From the human T2T-CHM13v2.0 reference genome, Homo sapiens, in NCBI RefSeq assembly GCF_009914755.1, contig NC_060946.1: DNA of 64,000 nt; one strand, 5' to 3'. This document shows positions 42,012 to 57,507 of the stretch, one piece after another. Position 1 is the first letter of the stretch. Every line of letters starts with the position of its first letter. The translations under genes were made by a program, and so were the position numbers. The notes under the pieces are model-generated. The model worked only from the letters and a program-made list of their open reading frames with translations, did not search any database and had not been told where the DNA came from.

Positions 42012-42319
<308 letters not shown>

Positions 42320-42329
42320 ACTATGTTGT

Positions 42330-44350
42330 TATTATTTTTTAACTTTTATTTTAGGTTCAAGGGTACATGTACAGGTTTTTTATATAGGTAAATTGTGAGT
42401 CACAGGGGTTTGGTGTACAGATTATTTAGTTACCCAGGTAATAAGCGTAGTACCCGAGAGGTAGTTTCTCGATTCTGACCCTCCTCCCGCTCTCCACCCT
42501 CAGGCAGGCCCTGGTGTCTATTGTTTGCTTCTTTGGGTCCATGTGTACTCAATATTTAGCTCCCACTTATAAGTGAGAACATGCAGTATTTGGTTTTCTG
42601 TGCCTGTATTGGTTCTTTTAGGATAATGACCTCCATCTCCGTCCATGTTGCTACAAAGGATGTGATCTTGTTCTTTTTTATAGCTGAATAGTATTCCATG
42701 GTGTATATGTACCACATTTTCTTTATCCAGTCCACCATTGATGGACATTTAGGTTGTTTCCATATTTTTTGCTATTGTAAATAGTGCTATGATGAACATA
42801 CACGTGTATGTGTCTTTATGGTACAGTGATTGATATTCCTTTGGGTGTATACCCAATAATGGGATTGCTGGGTTGAACAGTAGTTCTGCTTTAAGTTATT
42901 AGAGAAATCACCGAACTGCTTTCCATAGTGGCTGAACTATTTACATTCTCACTAGCAGTGTAAAAGCATTTTCTTTTGTCTACAACCTCCACAGCATCTG
43001 TTTTTTTTTTTGACTTTTTAATAATAGTCTTTCTGACTGGTATGTGATGGTATGCAAATATGGTTTGCAAATATTTTCTCCTGTAGGTTGTATGTTTACT
43101 CTGTTGATAGTTTCTTTTGCTGTGCAGAAGCTCTTTAGTGTAATGAAGTCCCATTTGTTAATTTTTGTTTTTGTTGCAATTGCTTTTGACATCTTGGTCA
43201 TGAAATCTTTGCCAGGGTCTGTGTCTGGAGTGGTATTTCCTTACATTATCTTACAGGATGTTTACAGTTTTAGGTTTTACATGTAAGTCTTTAATCTATC
43301 TTGAGTTGATTTTGGTATAACAAAGGGGTCTAGTTTCAATCTTCTGTGTATGGCTAACCAGTTATCCCAGCACCATTTATTGAATAGGGAGTCCTTTCTC
43401 CATTGCTTGTTTTTGTCCACTTTGTCAAAGATCAGATGGCTGTAAATGTGTGGCTTTATTTCTGGGCTCTCTCTTCTGTTCCATTGGTCTGTGTGTCTGT
43501 TTTTGTTATTGTGCCATGTTACCAGTGCCATGCTGTTTTTGTTAGTGTAGCCTTGAAGTATAGTTTCAAGTGTACTCACAAGTATATTCATAAGCATGAA
43601 TATTGTAATGCCTCCAGCTTTGTTCTTTTTTGCTTTGGATTGCTTTGGCTATTCAGGTTCTTTTTTGATTCCTTGTGAATTTTAAAATAGTTTTTTTTCC
43701 TAATTCTGCAAAAAATGTCATTTATTGGTAGTTTAATAGGAATAGCACTGAGTTTGTAAATTGCTTTGGGCAGTGTGGCCATTTTAACAATAGTGATTCT
43801 TCCTATCCATGAGCATAGAATGGTTTTCCATTTGTATATTCATCTCTGATTTTTTTGAGCAGTGTTTTGTAATTCTCATTGTAGAGATCTTATATGTTAC
43901 CTGGTTAGCTGTATTTCTAGGTATTTTATTCTTTTTGTGGCTGTTGTAAATGGGATTGCATTCTTGATTTGGCTCTCAGCTTGGACATTGTTAGTGTACA
44001 GAAATACTACTGCTTTTTGTACATTGATTTTTGTATTCTAAAATTTTACTGAAGCTATCAGATCTAGGAGCTTTTGGGCAGAGACTATGGGGTTTTCTAG
44101 GTATAGAATCGTATTGATTGCAAACACTTTTATTTCCTCTCTTCCTATTGAATGCCTTTTATTTCTTTCTGTTGCCTGATTGCTTTGGCAAGGACTTCCA
44201 GTACTCTATTGAATAGGAGTTTTGAGAGTGGGCATCCTTGTCTTGTTCTGGTTTTCAAGGGGAGTGCTTCCAGCTTTTGTCCATTCAGTGTGCTGTTGAT
44301 TGTGGGTTTGTCATAATTGGCTCTTATTATTTTGAAGTATGTTCCTTCAG
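42330..44350 (-). mobile_element. 5'-truncated L1PA15/16-like element (3'UTR + ORF2 C-terminal fragments), internal deletion near 43050
   Basis: ORF fragments [49 protein letters not shown] are L1 ORF2 motifs. Confidence 0.88.
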
Positions 44351-45430
44351 CGTTACAGAGTAATGTAAAAACATAGCTTTAGAAACAGTATAGAGATACT
44401 GGTAAATATAGATAAGTTATGAAGGAAGCAATTAAAATACTTGGCCATCCCACTGTTGAGAAGACTTATTGAAGCCTATCTCCTCACTGTGCAGCCTCCC
44501 CTTTGATTAAGATCCTTTCTTCCCACACAGCCACACTGGGAGGGCTGGAGAAGGATCTCTCTACTTTCTCTGCTCCCAAGAGACCAGTGGCTATCTGCAT
44601 GGGGAGAGTCCTGGGCTCTACTTCAGTTCCTTGGGGGTGGCACCATGGTATCACCTCTGTGTGGCAAGCAGTGTGAATCTGGGCCCTTCCCCATCTCTTG
44701 CCCCGCCCAGGGCTGGGCCTCGAAGGTAGCCTGGGTCTCTTCTCTAGGTTGCTAGGGTCGCAGTGTCTAGGTCTGGGCTGGGAGGAAGAAGGACTCATCC
44801 AGCTTGGAGCCTGAGCTGTGGTTCCAGCCCGTCCTTTGAGCCAGGGTGCGGGGCACTTGCCCGCTCAGCGCTCACTCAGGGGTTACTGTCCTGTGTATGG
44901 CCACCAGGCAGCCGCCGTACCACTGTGCATAAGCAGCTGTTTTCTGTATTTCCTCTAAGTCTTGTTTTCTATGCATTGTATTTACATAGTCGAGTGCATA
45001 TTATCTATAACATTTTGTTTCATGTTTTTTTCCCACATTTAACCTTACAATGTAGGCTTTTCCTTGTATTAAGAAATCTTTATAAAAATCATTTCTACCT
45101 TCTGTACATAATGCTCTATTGAGATCATGTAGCATAATTTCTGAAACCATCCAGTGTTGGTGAATCTTTTCTTTTAGTTTTTCTTTCCTTTAGGCATGGT
45201 GTAATTTTTAAGAAAAGCCTGTACTTTTCAAACAGCGACTGTCATATTACTTTTAAGTATGTTAAATTTGAAGATTTTGAATTAAGGAGCATTGTTCCAT
45301 CACCTTGAATTCCACAGTTTAAGCAGACAATTGTATTTTAGCTTAAACATTTTTAGCAGAGCAAGAAACAAAGAAGTATTTGCCCCCCTCCCCATCTTTG
45401 ATGCCTCCGTGCTATTTAAATGTAGAAACA

Positions 45431-45520
45431 GTCTTGACTGAGTCCTTTGGACTGATAGCTCGGAGTGGCTGGATGTCTTGACTGAGTACTTTGGACGGAT
45501 AACTCGGAGTGACTGGATGT
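45431..45520. repeat. 2 x 44-bp tandem duplication
   Basis: gtcttgactgagt...ctcggagtg(g/a)ctggatgt at 45431 and 45475. Confidence 0.9.
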
Positions 45521-45710
45521 TGGTTGTGCTGCAGGCGAGCAATAGGACCACATTTTGGAAAAGGTGAAGAGTGTTTTACAATGGATTCTCACCATCAGTA
45601 TGTTTAATATCTAATTGACTTGATTTTCTATGTCATTTTCTCTTAAATTACTCTTGAAAGCAAATGTGCAATGGGATTAGAATAAATAGTGCATTTACTT
45701 AAGAACATTA

Positions 45711-46018
<308 letters not shown>

Positions 46019-46984
46019 TTATATTCCTGTTTGTAAGTCAGATTCTTAAAGTATAGATTGTTCTTAAGCATGTGGTTACCCAGAGAGGACACTCTAGCAT
46101 ATGGCTCCTGGAGCTGGAGGACTGCTAGGGTTGTGATGAGTGTGTGGTGGGGATGGCAGGTAAAATCCCCACAGCCGGTGGGACACATGAGAGGATGAAC
46201 GCAGAGAACATGCTCACAGCTGGATTTTAGCAGCATAGTCATTCTTTTGCTTATTTCCATTATCGGAGTATTGATAGAGCTTTGAGTGACAGTGAGGGAA
46301 AGAAGAGCTGGTGCTAGTTTCTCATTGATAAGTTGTAGCTTTAGAATGATTTGTTTTAGCTTTCCATTGTTAGCATTTAAATTTTACTTCCCTCCACCTT
46401 GTTTTTTTTGTGTTGTCTAAACCAAGGCTACTGCCAAATACATCCTTTGCCTGACTTCCTTGAATGTTCCTCATAGCTTAGGTGCTTTTGTGCTCCACAG
46501 TTAATCTCGGAAACATTGAAAGGTAAAAACCAAAGCATCTGAGCGTAGCACATTTTCTGTAGCAGTTCTAGACCCACGTGAGACAAGCAGAGAGTTCCCT
46601 GGGGTTGCTCGTGTGTGGAATAGCGAAGTGGAGGTGGCTGGCTTTGCAGCCCCTGAACTGACTGTGCAGGTGCCACATCTTTGCATTGCCCACGACTCAT
46701 ATATATTCATTTTTTCTAGTTAAAAACATTTCGGAAATAATTAGTGTAATGGACTTACTGTTTAAAAGATTGGAAAGTTTAATAACAGTATGGCTTTGCC
46801 ATCCCAGAAGCTGTCACTTGAATGTTTGGCTAATTTTTTTCTGGCCTTTTACTCTGTAGATTCTTTTCCATAGTAGCTATTATATTATGCATGCACATTT
46901 CAATATTGCTTTTTGCTTAGTATCTAACCATTTTCCAGTGTCATTCAACAGTTTTAAAAAATACGTGTTTTAAAAGTAGCAACA

Positions 46985-49900
46985 TACTACTTTCAATAAT
47001 GGCTAGAAAAATGAGACAAATCAGCAAGAAACTAGAAGAATAAACAACACAGAAAACCAACTAGATCTAGTAGATATCCACAGAACACTGCACCCAACAG
47101 CAGCAGGATACATGTTCCTCTCAAGTGCTTGTGGAGCATTCTCTACAATAGACCATATGCTAGGCCATAAAACAAGCCGTAATACTTTTGAGAAGATGGA
47201 GTTTATACAAAGTGTGTTCTTTGACCACAGTGGCATTAAGTTAGAAGCCAGTAACAGAAGGAAATTTGAAGAAAATGACAAATATGTAGACATTTTAGAA
47301 CACACCCTAAATAACCAGTGGGTCAAAGAAGAAATCGTAAGGGAAATTAGAAATTGCTGTGAGATGAAGAAAATGAAAACACAATATATCAGCACTTACA
47401 GGATGCAGTTAAAGCAGTGATCCAAGAGAAATTTATAGTTGTAACGGACTATATTAAAAAAGACCTCAAATCATTAACTTTCCACTTTCCGAAACTTAGA
47501 AAAAGAAGGGTAAAATAAAGCCAAAACAAACAGAAGGGAGAAAATAATGAAGACTAGAACAGAAATAAGTGAAACAGACTTGTAGCTAGACTGACCAGAG
47601 AGAGAGAGAAAACTCAAGTTACTAAATTCATGAGAAATTTTAGAAATACACAGCATTAAAGTAATACTATGAACGACTCTACAAACCAGGCAGTGTATAT
47701 GAAACAGAGAAACTCCTAGAAACACACAAATTGCCAAAATTGACTATGATGGTTAATTTTGTGCTGACTTGGCTGGGCTGTGGTGCCCTGTTGTTTGGTC
47801 CAACTCCAGTCTATTTGTAGCTGCAGTGTAGATGTATTTTAGATGTGATTAACATTTAAATCGGTGGACTTTGAGTAAAGCAGGTTACCCTCCACAATGT
47901 AGGTGGGCCTCCTAATCTAATCAGGTGAAGGCCATGAGCTTGAAGAGTGAAGTTTCTTGAAGAAGTAGGAATTCTTCTCAAGACTGCCTCACGGGAAATC
48001 CTGACCGAGTTCCTAGCCTGCTAGCCTACCCTACATATTTCAGACTTGCCAGTCCCTACAATTGTGTGAGCCAATTCCATAAAATAAGTCTCTCTTTGAG
48101 ACTGAATTAATTATTAACAATTTAAAATTAACAATGAACTAATTTTCATCAATAATTTAAATAATGTTAACTTGTTATTAATTAGTATTAATTATTGAAA
48201 CAATAATTTCAAAAATCCCCACAAAGAAAATCGTAGGACTAGATGACTTCACTTGTGAATTTTATCAAAGGTTTAACAAAGAATTAACACTCTTTCTTCA
48301 TAGACTCTTTCAAAAAATAGAAGAGGAGGGAGCACTTTTCACCTCATTCTATGTGGCCGATATTACTCTGAGACCAAAGTGAGATGAAGACATAACAAGG
48401 AAAGAAAATTACAGAACAATATTCCTTATCACAATGGACTTAAAAATCCTCAGCAAAGTCCTAACAAACTAAATCTAGCAACGTATTGAAAGGATTAGGC
48501 ATTATTACAAGTGGAATTTATTTGAGGAATGCTGGGATGGTTCAACATTTGAAAGTCAATCCGTGTAATACACTGTATTAACAGAATAAAGGACAAAAAC
48601 TACATGATCATCTCAGCTGATATGGAGAAAGCATTTGACAAAATCCAACACCCTTTTATGAGAAAAACATTCAACAAACTAGGAATAGAAGAGAACTTCC
48701 TCTCTAATAAAGGCTTCCATGAAAATTCTGTGACTAACATCATGCTTAGTTGAAAAGACAAAGTTTTTCCCCTAAGATCAGGAGTAAGATATGGATATCT
48801 ACTTTCTCCACTTCTATTTTAGTACTGGTTCTAGCTAAGGCAGTTAAGCCCAAAAATGAAACAAAAGTCATCCAGAATGGAAAAAAATAAAACTACCTCT
48901 ATTTGTAGATGACAGGATCTTGTATGTAGAAAATCCCCAAGGAATCCACTAGAAAACTATGAAAGCTTATAAACCAATTCAGGTTTGTAGGATGCAAGAT
49001 CAAGATTAAAAAATCGGTTACATTTTCATGCACTTGCAATGAAATATTTAAAAATGGAACTAGGAAAATCCACTTACATCAGAATGAATAAGATACTTAG
49101 ACATAAATTTAGCAAGAGAGGTGCAACATTCGCACTCTGAAAACTACAAAATATTGTTGAAATAAATTAAAGAGGATCTAAATAAATGGAAAGGCATCCC
49201 ATGTTTATGGATTGGAAACCTTAATATTGTTAAGGTGGCATTCTTTCTCAAATTGATGTAAAGATTCAGTGCAGTCCCTATCAAAAGCCTAAATGGCTTC
49301 TTAGCAGAAATTGTCGAGCTTATCTTAAAATTCATTTGGGAATTAAAAGAACCCGGAATAGCCGTAACAGTCTTGAAAAAAAAAAAAAACAAAGATTAGG
49401 ACTCACGCATTCTGGTATCAGAATTTATTACAAAGCTACATTAATCAAGACTGTGATGCTGCCATGTGGATAGACATGTAGATCAGTGGAGTAGAATTGA
49501 GAGGCCAAAGATAAACCTTCATATTTATGGTCAATTGATTTCTGACAAAAATGCCAAGAGAATTCAATGAGGAAATTTATGTTTTCCAACCAGTAGTCCT
49601 GGGACGGTTATTAGACATTGAAATGCAAAAAGATGAAGTTCCACTCCTGCCTCTCTGTAGACACACACAAAAAAGTGAATCATGACCTAAATGTAAGAGC
49701 TGAAATCATAAAACTCTTAAAGGAAAACATGAGGAAATCTTCATGACCTTGGGTTAGGCCATGGTTTCTGAGATATGACACCAAAAGCAAAAGGGACAAA
49801 GGATAGATAAATTGGATTTCATCAAAATGAAAACTTTGGTGTTACAAATAATACTCTCAAGAACATGAAAAAACATTCCCCAGAATGGGAGAAGATGTTT

Positions 49901-50375
49901 GCAAATCATATATCTGAAAAGAGACTCATATCTAGTATATACAAAGAACTCGTACAACTCAGTATTAAGACAAACCTAATTTTAAAATGGGCAAAGTGTT
50001 TGAATAGATATTTCTCCAGAGAAAATATACAAATGAGCAATAAATAAAAGATGGCCCACATCATTAATCATTAGGGAATACAAATCAGAAGCCACAGTGT
50101 GGTACCGCTTCACATCCACAAGGATGGCTACTATCAAAAAGATGAACAATAACAACTTAACAGTTACAAATGCTGGCAAGGATGTGGAGAAATTAGAATG
50201 TGGGGGCCGGGGGATTGACTGTTAATGGGTACAGAGTTTCTTCTGGGGGGAGGCAAAATGTTGTAAAATTAGATTGTAGTGGTGGTTACCCAACTTAGTG
50301 AATATATGAAAAACCACTGCAAATAATTTAATTATGTGGTATGTGAATTATATCTCAGTTAAACAGGTTGAAAAA
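46985..50375 (+). mobile_element. Degenerate L1MB-like element (ORF2 endonuclease/RT fragments to 3'UTR), interrupted by MLT2
   Basis: FSTIDHMLGHK and FFDHSGIKLE (endonuclease region), aaagcatttgacaaaatccaaca and tttgtagatgacagg (RT region), L1MB-type 3' end. Confidence 0.85.
47745..48100 (+). mobile_element. ERVL LTR MLT2D-like inserted in L1
   Basis: t(a)tgatggttaatttt...gatgtgattaacatttaaatc...actttgagtaaagcag...gtgagccaattcc. Confidence 0.8.
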
Positions 50376-50947
50376 GAAAGTGGAAGCTCATTATCCCGTT
50401 GTAAGGAGATGTAATTGGCAGCTTCCTATCGACAAACATTGTGTGGTTTCTGCTTTTTCACTGTTGATAATGCATGTGGTGGCTCCATAAACAAATCCTT
50501 GATTGTGTTTTAGGTTAGTCTTGTGATGCATTCTTAGAAGAGGCGTCACTGAATCAATGGCTGTGAGTGTTTTTAGGTCTGGATAACATTTGCTAGGTTG
50601 TTTTCCAGAAAGAAATGAATACGTATATTCTCACCACCATGTGAGAGAGTGCCGTCTTACTCTATCTTTGGTATTTTCTTTCCCTTAATTATTAATAGGT
50701 CTTTGATTGGCTTGACAGGACAAACATCTGTGTCTGTGTGCTTACAGATGTACTTCATTCATGGATAGATGCTTTAGTATTCACACGCAAGGCTGCTTCC
50801 ACATGGGCACGAGCTCAAAGATGCTAAGTGACTCAGTGAATTGAGGAGCCAGGAGCAATTAATACACTCTCCAGTACTGACATGTGAGTTTTCAACCTCA
50901 AGGTACCTTATTCAACTGGCCTGATTAGAAAGTCAGCAAAGACAAGG

Positions 50948-51010
50948 GTGTGTGTGTGTGTGTGCGTGTGCGTGTGTGCATGCATGTATGTGCATGCATG
51001 CACATGTGTG
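50948..51010. repeat. 63-bp uninterrupted purine-pyrimidine alternation (TG/CG/CA)
   Basis: Read directly. Confidence 0.85.
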
Positions 51011-51701
51011 GTAAAACAACAATTGAACAATTGGATTGGAATCCGTGGACTGCAGGCCTCGTGCTTAGAGTGTGCTAGTGTGGGAGAAGCAAGCATGTGC
51101 CCAACGGTCCCCTGGACCTGGTGTGCTGGGAACTTTCCACACAGAACTCTGCTCCTCAGCCCCTATGTGTGTGTGGACCCCTTTGGGAGGCAGCAGTAGA
51201 GAGCTCAGTTTGGGCCATTTTATGGAAATGCAGTGCCTGAGTCAGCATCTTGCAAGTCCCTGATGTACTTTATGCAGAGGACGATGTTAGCATTCCTTGT
51301 AAACAATGATGTGGAACCTGTATATTGTCATAAGCTCCCCAAGCAGAAGGTCAGCCCTTTCTTTGGCCTTGAGCCTGTCTTTGGGACCTTGCTGTCCGTT
51401 TTCTTGATTCCTGGCTCCTTCTCACTGTCTCCCCCATCAGACCACGCCGGCCTGCAGTCTGCTCCTGTGTTACCAATACACTGGTTTTGGTGAAGCATTT
51501 TGTATATTGTATTATAGTATCTGACATTTATTGAGTTTTCACTCCAGGCCAAGTGTTATATGTGTGTGGTGGTGGATAGGTTGGGTTAGGTTTTAAAGTG
51601 AAATTGTGGGGAGTCAAAATTACCCTCATAGTCCCTGAAGTCAGTAGGACTTGGGAACTCTGATACTCAACATCCAAGAATTAACCTGTTTTTTTTCCTT
51701 G

Positions 51702-52010
<309 letters not shown>

Positions 52011-53968
52011 TTTCCTTGATTTTAAATCCTGGCTTCCATTTATTTGGAGCCAAAGCCAGTATGTAGTTTAAATGATGTGGGATTATGGGGATGAATAAGG
52101 GGCTCTCCTTCCTTCCTGCCTTTCTACCTTACACAAATTCACCTAAGCTAAATTTACAGTTTGATTAACTTTACCGTATATCTCCCTAATTCTCACAGCA
52201 GCCTTGTAAGGTAGACACTGCTGCTCTTAGTTTAGAAGAAGGGATATAGAGAGGTTAAGTGGCTTGTAAGGCCCCACCGTTTCAGTTCCAGAGTTCTAGT
52301 CCCTCCTGTTCTACCTCTGGACCGCAGGCAGCTTTGGAAGTCGCTGTCTCAGAGCCCGCCATGGAATTACTTGGTCATGTGGTTTTTATGCTTGCAGCTG
52401 ATAGTGAAATCAAAGGATTCCTTTCTCCATTATCTGGCTTTTCTTAATGATACATAGCCAGAGTTCTTATTCATTTGAATCTGGTCCTCAAGGCTGAGAT
52501 GTTGGGATTTTTATCCTTGTTAATTTGGACCTTTTCCTTCAGAGAACAAGTTCTATTTCTGTTCCACTCAAATGCAGTTTCATGTTTTTCCCAATTCATT
52601 TTCTTTTTTAAAAAATGAGTTTCTCTTCATTTCCAGTTTTAAAATTACAGTCATTGTTGAAGTGGTTCTGGCTCTAAGAGGAAATAAACCAACAAATACA
52701 TAAGAGGTATCCTCCCACTTTTAGCCCTCCTAATATAAATGCCACATAATTTAATATCCAGGAACTTGAGTAATTCAAACCAGCACCTTTGAAAACTCTT
52801 AAGACTAAACTCACCCAAGTCGGCCACAGCCAGCAGAGGGTGCCTGCTTTGTGTTAGGAGTTCTTGTGGTTGGGAGGCGGCACCTTTGGGAATGTCCTGA
52901 AGACTGTGGATCCTCTTCTCCCCAGACAGACGCCTGGCCCCACACCTCACTTAAAGTTTCAGAAATTTCATGGACTCTCTTTCCTGGGTCTGATTCTTAA
53001 TCCCTTTAAAGCCATACTGAGGAGCATGGTCAAGACTGATCTGACGGACCTTCATTTTTCGTGTAGTTTTCTCCATTCCTGGCTGCTGTTGCATGTTATG
53101 CATAATTTTTATTTTGTTCCTAGAAATGTTAATGGACTTTAAAAGCTTAATGGCATTTAGTTAGGAGATCCTTGTGGTATATTCTGTGATCTGTTGTTTT
53201 CTTTGTATTTCCAATTCAGTGTCACAACCTGGGAAAAATAAATTTCTGCTCACAGATTGATTCATTGTCGAGGAATGCCTTATTCTGATGTTACGCGGTT
53301 TCTTTCCTGGCTCATGCATGCCCCCATTTGTGCGTTTATAGAAAGTGTAAGTCCTGTGCTAGTCAGAGCAAGACTCTGTCAGTGAAGACGATGGTGACTA
53401 GTGGCGGGTTCACCGTGTCAGACACTGCGCTAAGCAGGTCATTACATGATCACCTGGAATTCTTAAATGCCCTCTGGCGACACCACCATACATGACTGTT
53501 GTGACTCCCCCAGGTTGCCCGTCAAGGCCGTGCTGTGACCGTTCTCCCGGCCCCAGAACTCATGGTTTCTCCACCAGCTTGTCACCTCAAAGAGTAAAGG
53601 CCAGAGAAAGACCTGTTGAGAATTCAGATGTGGTGTTGATTTTTTCTTGGTCATATATTTGCAATATTTGTCCTTCAGCTTTTGCATTTGTATCCACGAG
53701 TGACAGTGGTGTGTAGGGTTTTTTGGTGGAGTACCGTTTTCCTCAGGTTTAGGAATAAATGTTATGCTTGCCTCATAAAAGGAAGTAGGAAGTTTACTTC
53801 ATTTCCCATGGCCCCCTCCCCGTGTCTTCTCCTCCCCATGGTTTTCCACCCATCACGGAGCCTTGGGTGGGTGGCAAGGGGCGATCGCGGTGGAGATGAC
53901 TCCTTCTCACTGGCAGTGTGGCATTCTCTGAGGATAGGGTTTAGTGCAGTGTGCGTTGTCCTTCTTGC

Positions 53969-54270
53969 TTTTTTTTTTTTTTTTTTTTTTGAGATGGAGT
54001 CTCGCCCTGTTGCCCAGGCTGAAGTGAAGTGGTGTGATCTTGGCTCACTGCAACCTCTGCCTCCCAGGTTCAAGCAATTCTCCTGCCTCAGCCTCCTGAT
54101 TAGCTGGGATTACAGGCACCTGCCACCACGCCTGGCTAATTTTTTTATTTTTAGTAGAGATGAGGTTTCACCATGTTGGTTAGGCTAGTCTTGAACTCCT
54201 GACCTTGTGATCCGCCTGCCTTGGCCTCCCAAAGTGCTGGGATGACAGGCGTGAGCCACTGTGCCCGGCC
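53969..54270 (-). mobile_element. AluS (Sg/Sc-like)
   Basis: Full Alu; TSD tcct(t/c)cttgc. Confidence 0.92.
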
Positions 54271-54949
54271 TCCTCCTTGCTTTTTGGCATCATTTGGGAG
54301 GAAGTGCTGGGAGCAGGTAGCTTGCTGGCTGCCATTGTCTTCTGCTACTTGCATTTCCTCCCTCTGGAAATTTTACATTTTCTGCCTAGCACCCATCTGC
54401 CTTCCATTCCTATCTTTGAGCTGTTAGGATCCATCAGCAGTTCTAGCAGGTGGCATTCTTCTCAGGACCACTTTCTCCAAATAAACAAAAGTTAATCATG
54501 ATCACAACCACAGCGTGTGCTCTGAGCAGAGGGCAGAGGACAGTCAAGGTGAGGTGCAGGTCCTGGGCCTCAGGTGGGCCTTCCCATTAGGTAAGCAGTG
54601 TCTTCCGATCCTCAGTAGAAGGAGAGGTTTCTCCAGGTCCAGGATTTTCAGCATGGCTTGGAATTAGTCGAAGCCATGGAGATGAATTGAGGTGTGTGAA
54701 AGTTCTGCTCTTGGACAGGGCTTTCTCTTGGCCAACCCAGTGGGAGGGAAACGAGGCAGTCTCTGATGGGGTGAGAGGAAGTTCTTCTTCCTCTCCTGAG
54801 TCTCTGCCCTCTCTGGCCTCTTCCACACAGGGATGCTATTTAATTCTGAGGACAGAGACAGGGAGAGACCACTGGGGGGGGGTTGGCCCCCTGTGCCAGG
54901 GTGGCACTGGCCGGCAGCCTCTGCACTCAGATGCGTGTGTTCTCTCTCT

Positions 54950-55100
54950 GCACTGCCCGGGGCGGGTGTTGACTGCAGCCACGTGGCCCCTGAGCACGGG
55001 AAATGTGACCAGCACCACTGAAGGTTCAGTTCTGTTTCATTTTCATTTATTTCAAATTAAGTAGCCACACGTGGCTTGGTTCTGGTCTTGGGAAACACAG
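54950..55100. mobile_element. MER3-like hAT-Charlie MITE
   Basis: agccacgtggc...gaaatgtgacc...aaattaagtagccacacgtggct. Confidence 0.55.
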
Positions 55101-56982
55101 CTTTAGTGTGAGAGGAAGCAGAGGTGGGGACAGGGGTGTGGGGATGAGCCAGGCTGAGTTGAGGCTGTGTGGCCAGGTGGTCTCCAGCGTTTAGCCTTTT
55201 CACACTTGAGAAAGCTGGACTCCCACTTTGTGGGGTGTGGGAGTTTATATTTGATATGTGCCTTTTAATATTTTCTTTTTTCTATTTGCTTTTCTTGCCA
55301 TCTTTATCTTCTCGAAAGGAAAAACAAAATGGCACAGGCAAGGCTTTTTGACCCAGTGAATGGGTGAGTTTGCAGACTTTTTATTTCTCATGATCCAAGT
55401 AAGGATTTGTAGTTTTCATGATCAAAATTAAATTTTCTCTTTGCAGATAACTAAGGAATCTACTTTACCTTGAAATTTTAAGTACCAGGGAAAAAGGACA
55501 TGAGAGTTATGTGTTTATCAAAAGTGGAGACACTCAAGTGCGTAGCAGAAGGCACTGGGCTTTGGAGTCCTGGAAACCTCGGTTACATTCTCAGCCTTCG
55601 TGCTCTGGGGTGTGTGGTACGCGTGGGCACGCACCCTTTCTCAGTGCCGTAAACTCGGGCCAGTGGGAGTAGTGAGTATCTTGGAGGGTTGTTAGGAAAG
55701 TTAAAGACTCCAGTGTGCAGTTGGCTGTCAGCAAATTGCAGCTCCTTTCACTTGCCAGAGAGAGCAGGAGTCTCTCACCATCCCCCAAATCGTCTATACT
55801 ACTCTTGGGGAAGACTCTTCTTTTTTAGGACTCACTTCATAAGACGGCAAGGACTCTGCCATTGCAGTCCCTTGGCAGTAGTGATGGAGTCCTGAGGGTG
55901 AGGCGCGTCCATGCTCTAGCCCGGGGACACGTCACCCACTTCCAGGAAGGGTCTGCTCTAAGTCTGTCTCCTCTCTGGTTCAGTGCAGGGCAATGCGTGC
56001 CGCCCCCGCTCAGCGTTGCCTCGAGTGTTGGTGTTACGCTGCTGGAGAGGGAGCAGCTCATGTGAAATATGGTCTGCCCACCCTTCGCCTGTCCAGGGGC
56101 CCTCCCTGGGCTCAGGGGCCATCAGCGTGTGGTGGCCACAGCGTTTTCACAAGGCCAGCTTGCCTGGTGAAGGGAGAGGGTGGGGAGGGGAGGTGAGTCT
56201 CCTTTAGAAAGCTGTTTGATATCATGGTTAGAGGTTTGGTGGTTTCAGTTAACTTGATTTTCTGTTCAATAGGGGCCTGGGTGTGCTGGGCTTCCTCTGA
56301 GTGTCTCATCATGCAGGTTTTCAGGGTGAGTCATCTGTGTGTCAGGCACAGCTGGTCACTGATATGACTCCCCAAGCAATGAAGGCATCAGTAGGTTTCG
56401 AAAGTGGCCTTAAGAAGGTACAAGTAATATTACCTCTGATGTCAGCCAAGCAGAGTAGAGTCCAACATTAGCACCTTCTCTCCTGTAGCTCACATTCAGA
56501 GGGCTGGGACGAAGCCCCTGTATTTCAGCAAATTAGAAACTTTGGTTGAACATTCAGGACTCTAAGTGATATCCTGGAGTACATGAGAAAAAATGGGAAT
56601 TCTTGTTAAAAAGTGAGTCAAAAAAATTATAATCCTGAAGTTGCCTCTGGGTTACTGAGTTCGCACAGTGAATTCAGATGCACCCCCACTCCCCCGCAGC
56701 CCCTGTCACAAGGGCCGTATGGGCAGTTTGAAAATACAGTTAGAAACCATGAAGCTTCAGAAAGTTCTTGGAAAATGACCAGTCATTAAATGGATTCAAA
56801 GCTCGAAGTTTGGGTGACATTTCTCCCTGTGATTCCGTCTCGCCCCCCTCCTTTCCGAGTCTAGGAGTCTTGCAGCGGTCACTTCCCCAGGCGGCTCTGC
56901 TGCTGTGCTATGGGCCGTCTGTGGGCTGGAACCAGTTAGACTTCCTCCCTGTCCTTCTATCCCATTCTCTTCCTCAAAGATG

Positions 56983-57222
56983 CCCGTGTCTCTGTAGCCT
57001 TTGCTGTCGCGCTGTCTCCTGGGCCCTCCTCTGAACTCTGAACCCATGTCTCTGTAGCCTTTGCTGTTGTGCTGTCTCCTGGCCCCTCCTCTGAACTCTG
57101 ACCCCGTGTCTCTGTAGCCTTTGCTGTCGCGCTGTCTCCTGGCCCCTCCTCTGAACTCTGAACCCATGACTCTGTAGCCTTTGCTGTTGTGCTGTCTCCT
57201 GGCCCCTCCTCTGAACTCTGAA
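56983..57222. repeat. 4 x 60-bp VNTR with 120-bp higher-order structure
   Basis: Unit ccc(g/a)tgtctctgtagcctttgctgt(cgc/tgt)gctgtctcctggcccctcctctgaactctgaa. Confidence 0.97.
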
Positions 57223-57507
57223 GCGCTGTGCTTATGCAACTGTTTGCTGTCACTTGATCACTGTCAGCATTGGATTATTCTGTCCTCATCAGCTTTTGAG
57301 TTAATGCCAGGCTCTGAGTGCCTCATCCTCAGCACTGTTCCACCTTAGTGGAGAATTTATTAGGTGCCAGAGGGTGCCGGGCATGTGCTGGTCACCTTGA
57401 CACTCATGGTTCTTTCCTTGAGTTGTCCCCTCACCTGTGATGGCTGTAGGGACTTGTTGCCTTTGCGCTGTGATTGGGTGAGGCCTGGGAGCCTCAGTGT
57501 GGTGGGT

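Noticed and set aside
52620-52700. Acceptor-like AGs followed by AATAAA (52683-52688) as a terminal exon
   Set aside because: Such motifs are common in AT-rich intron; no other support
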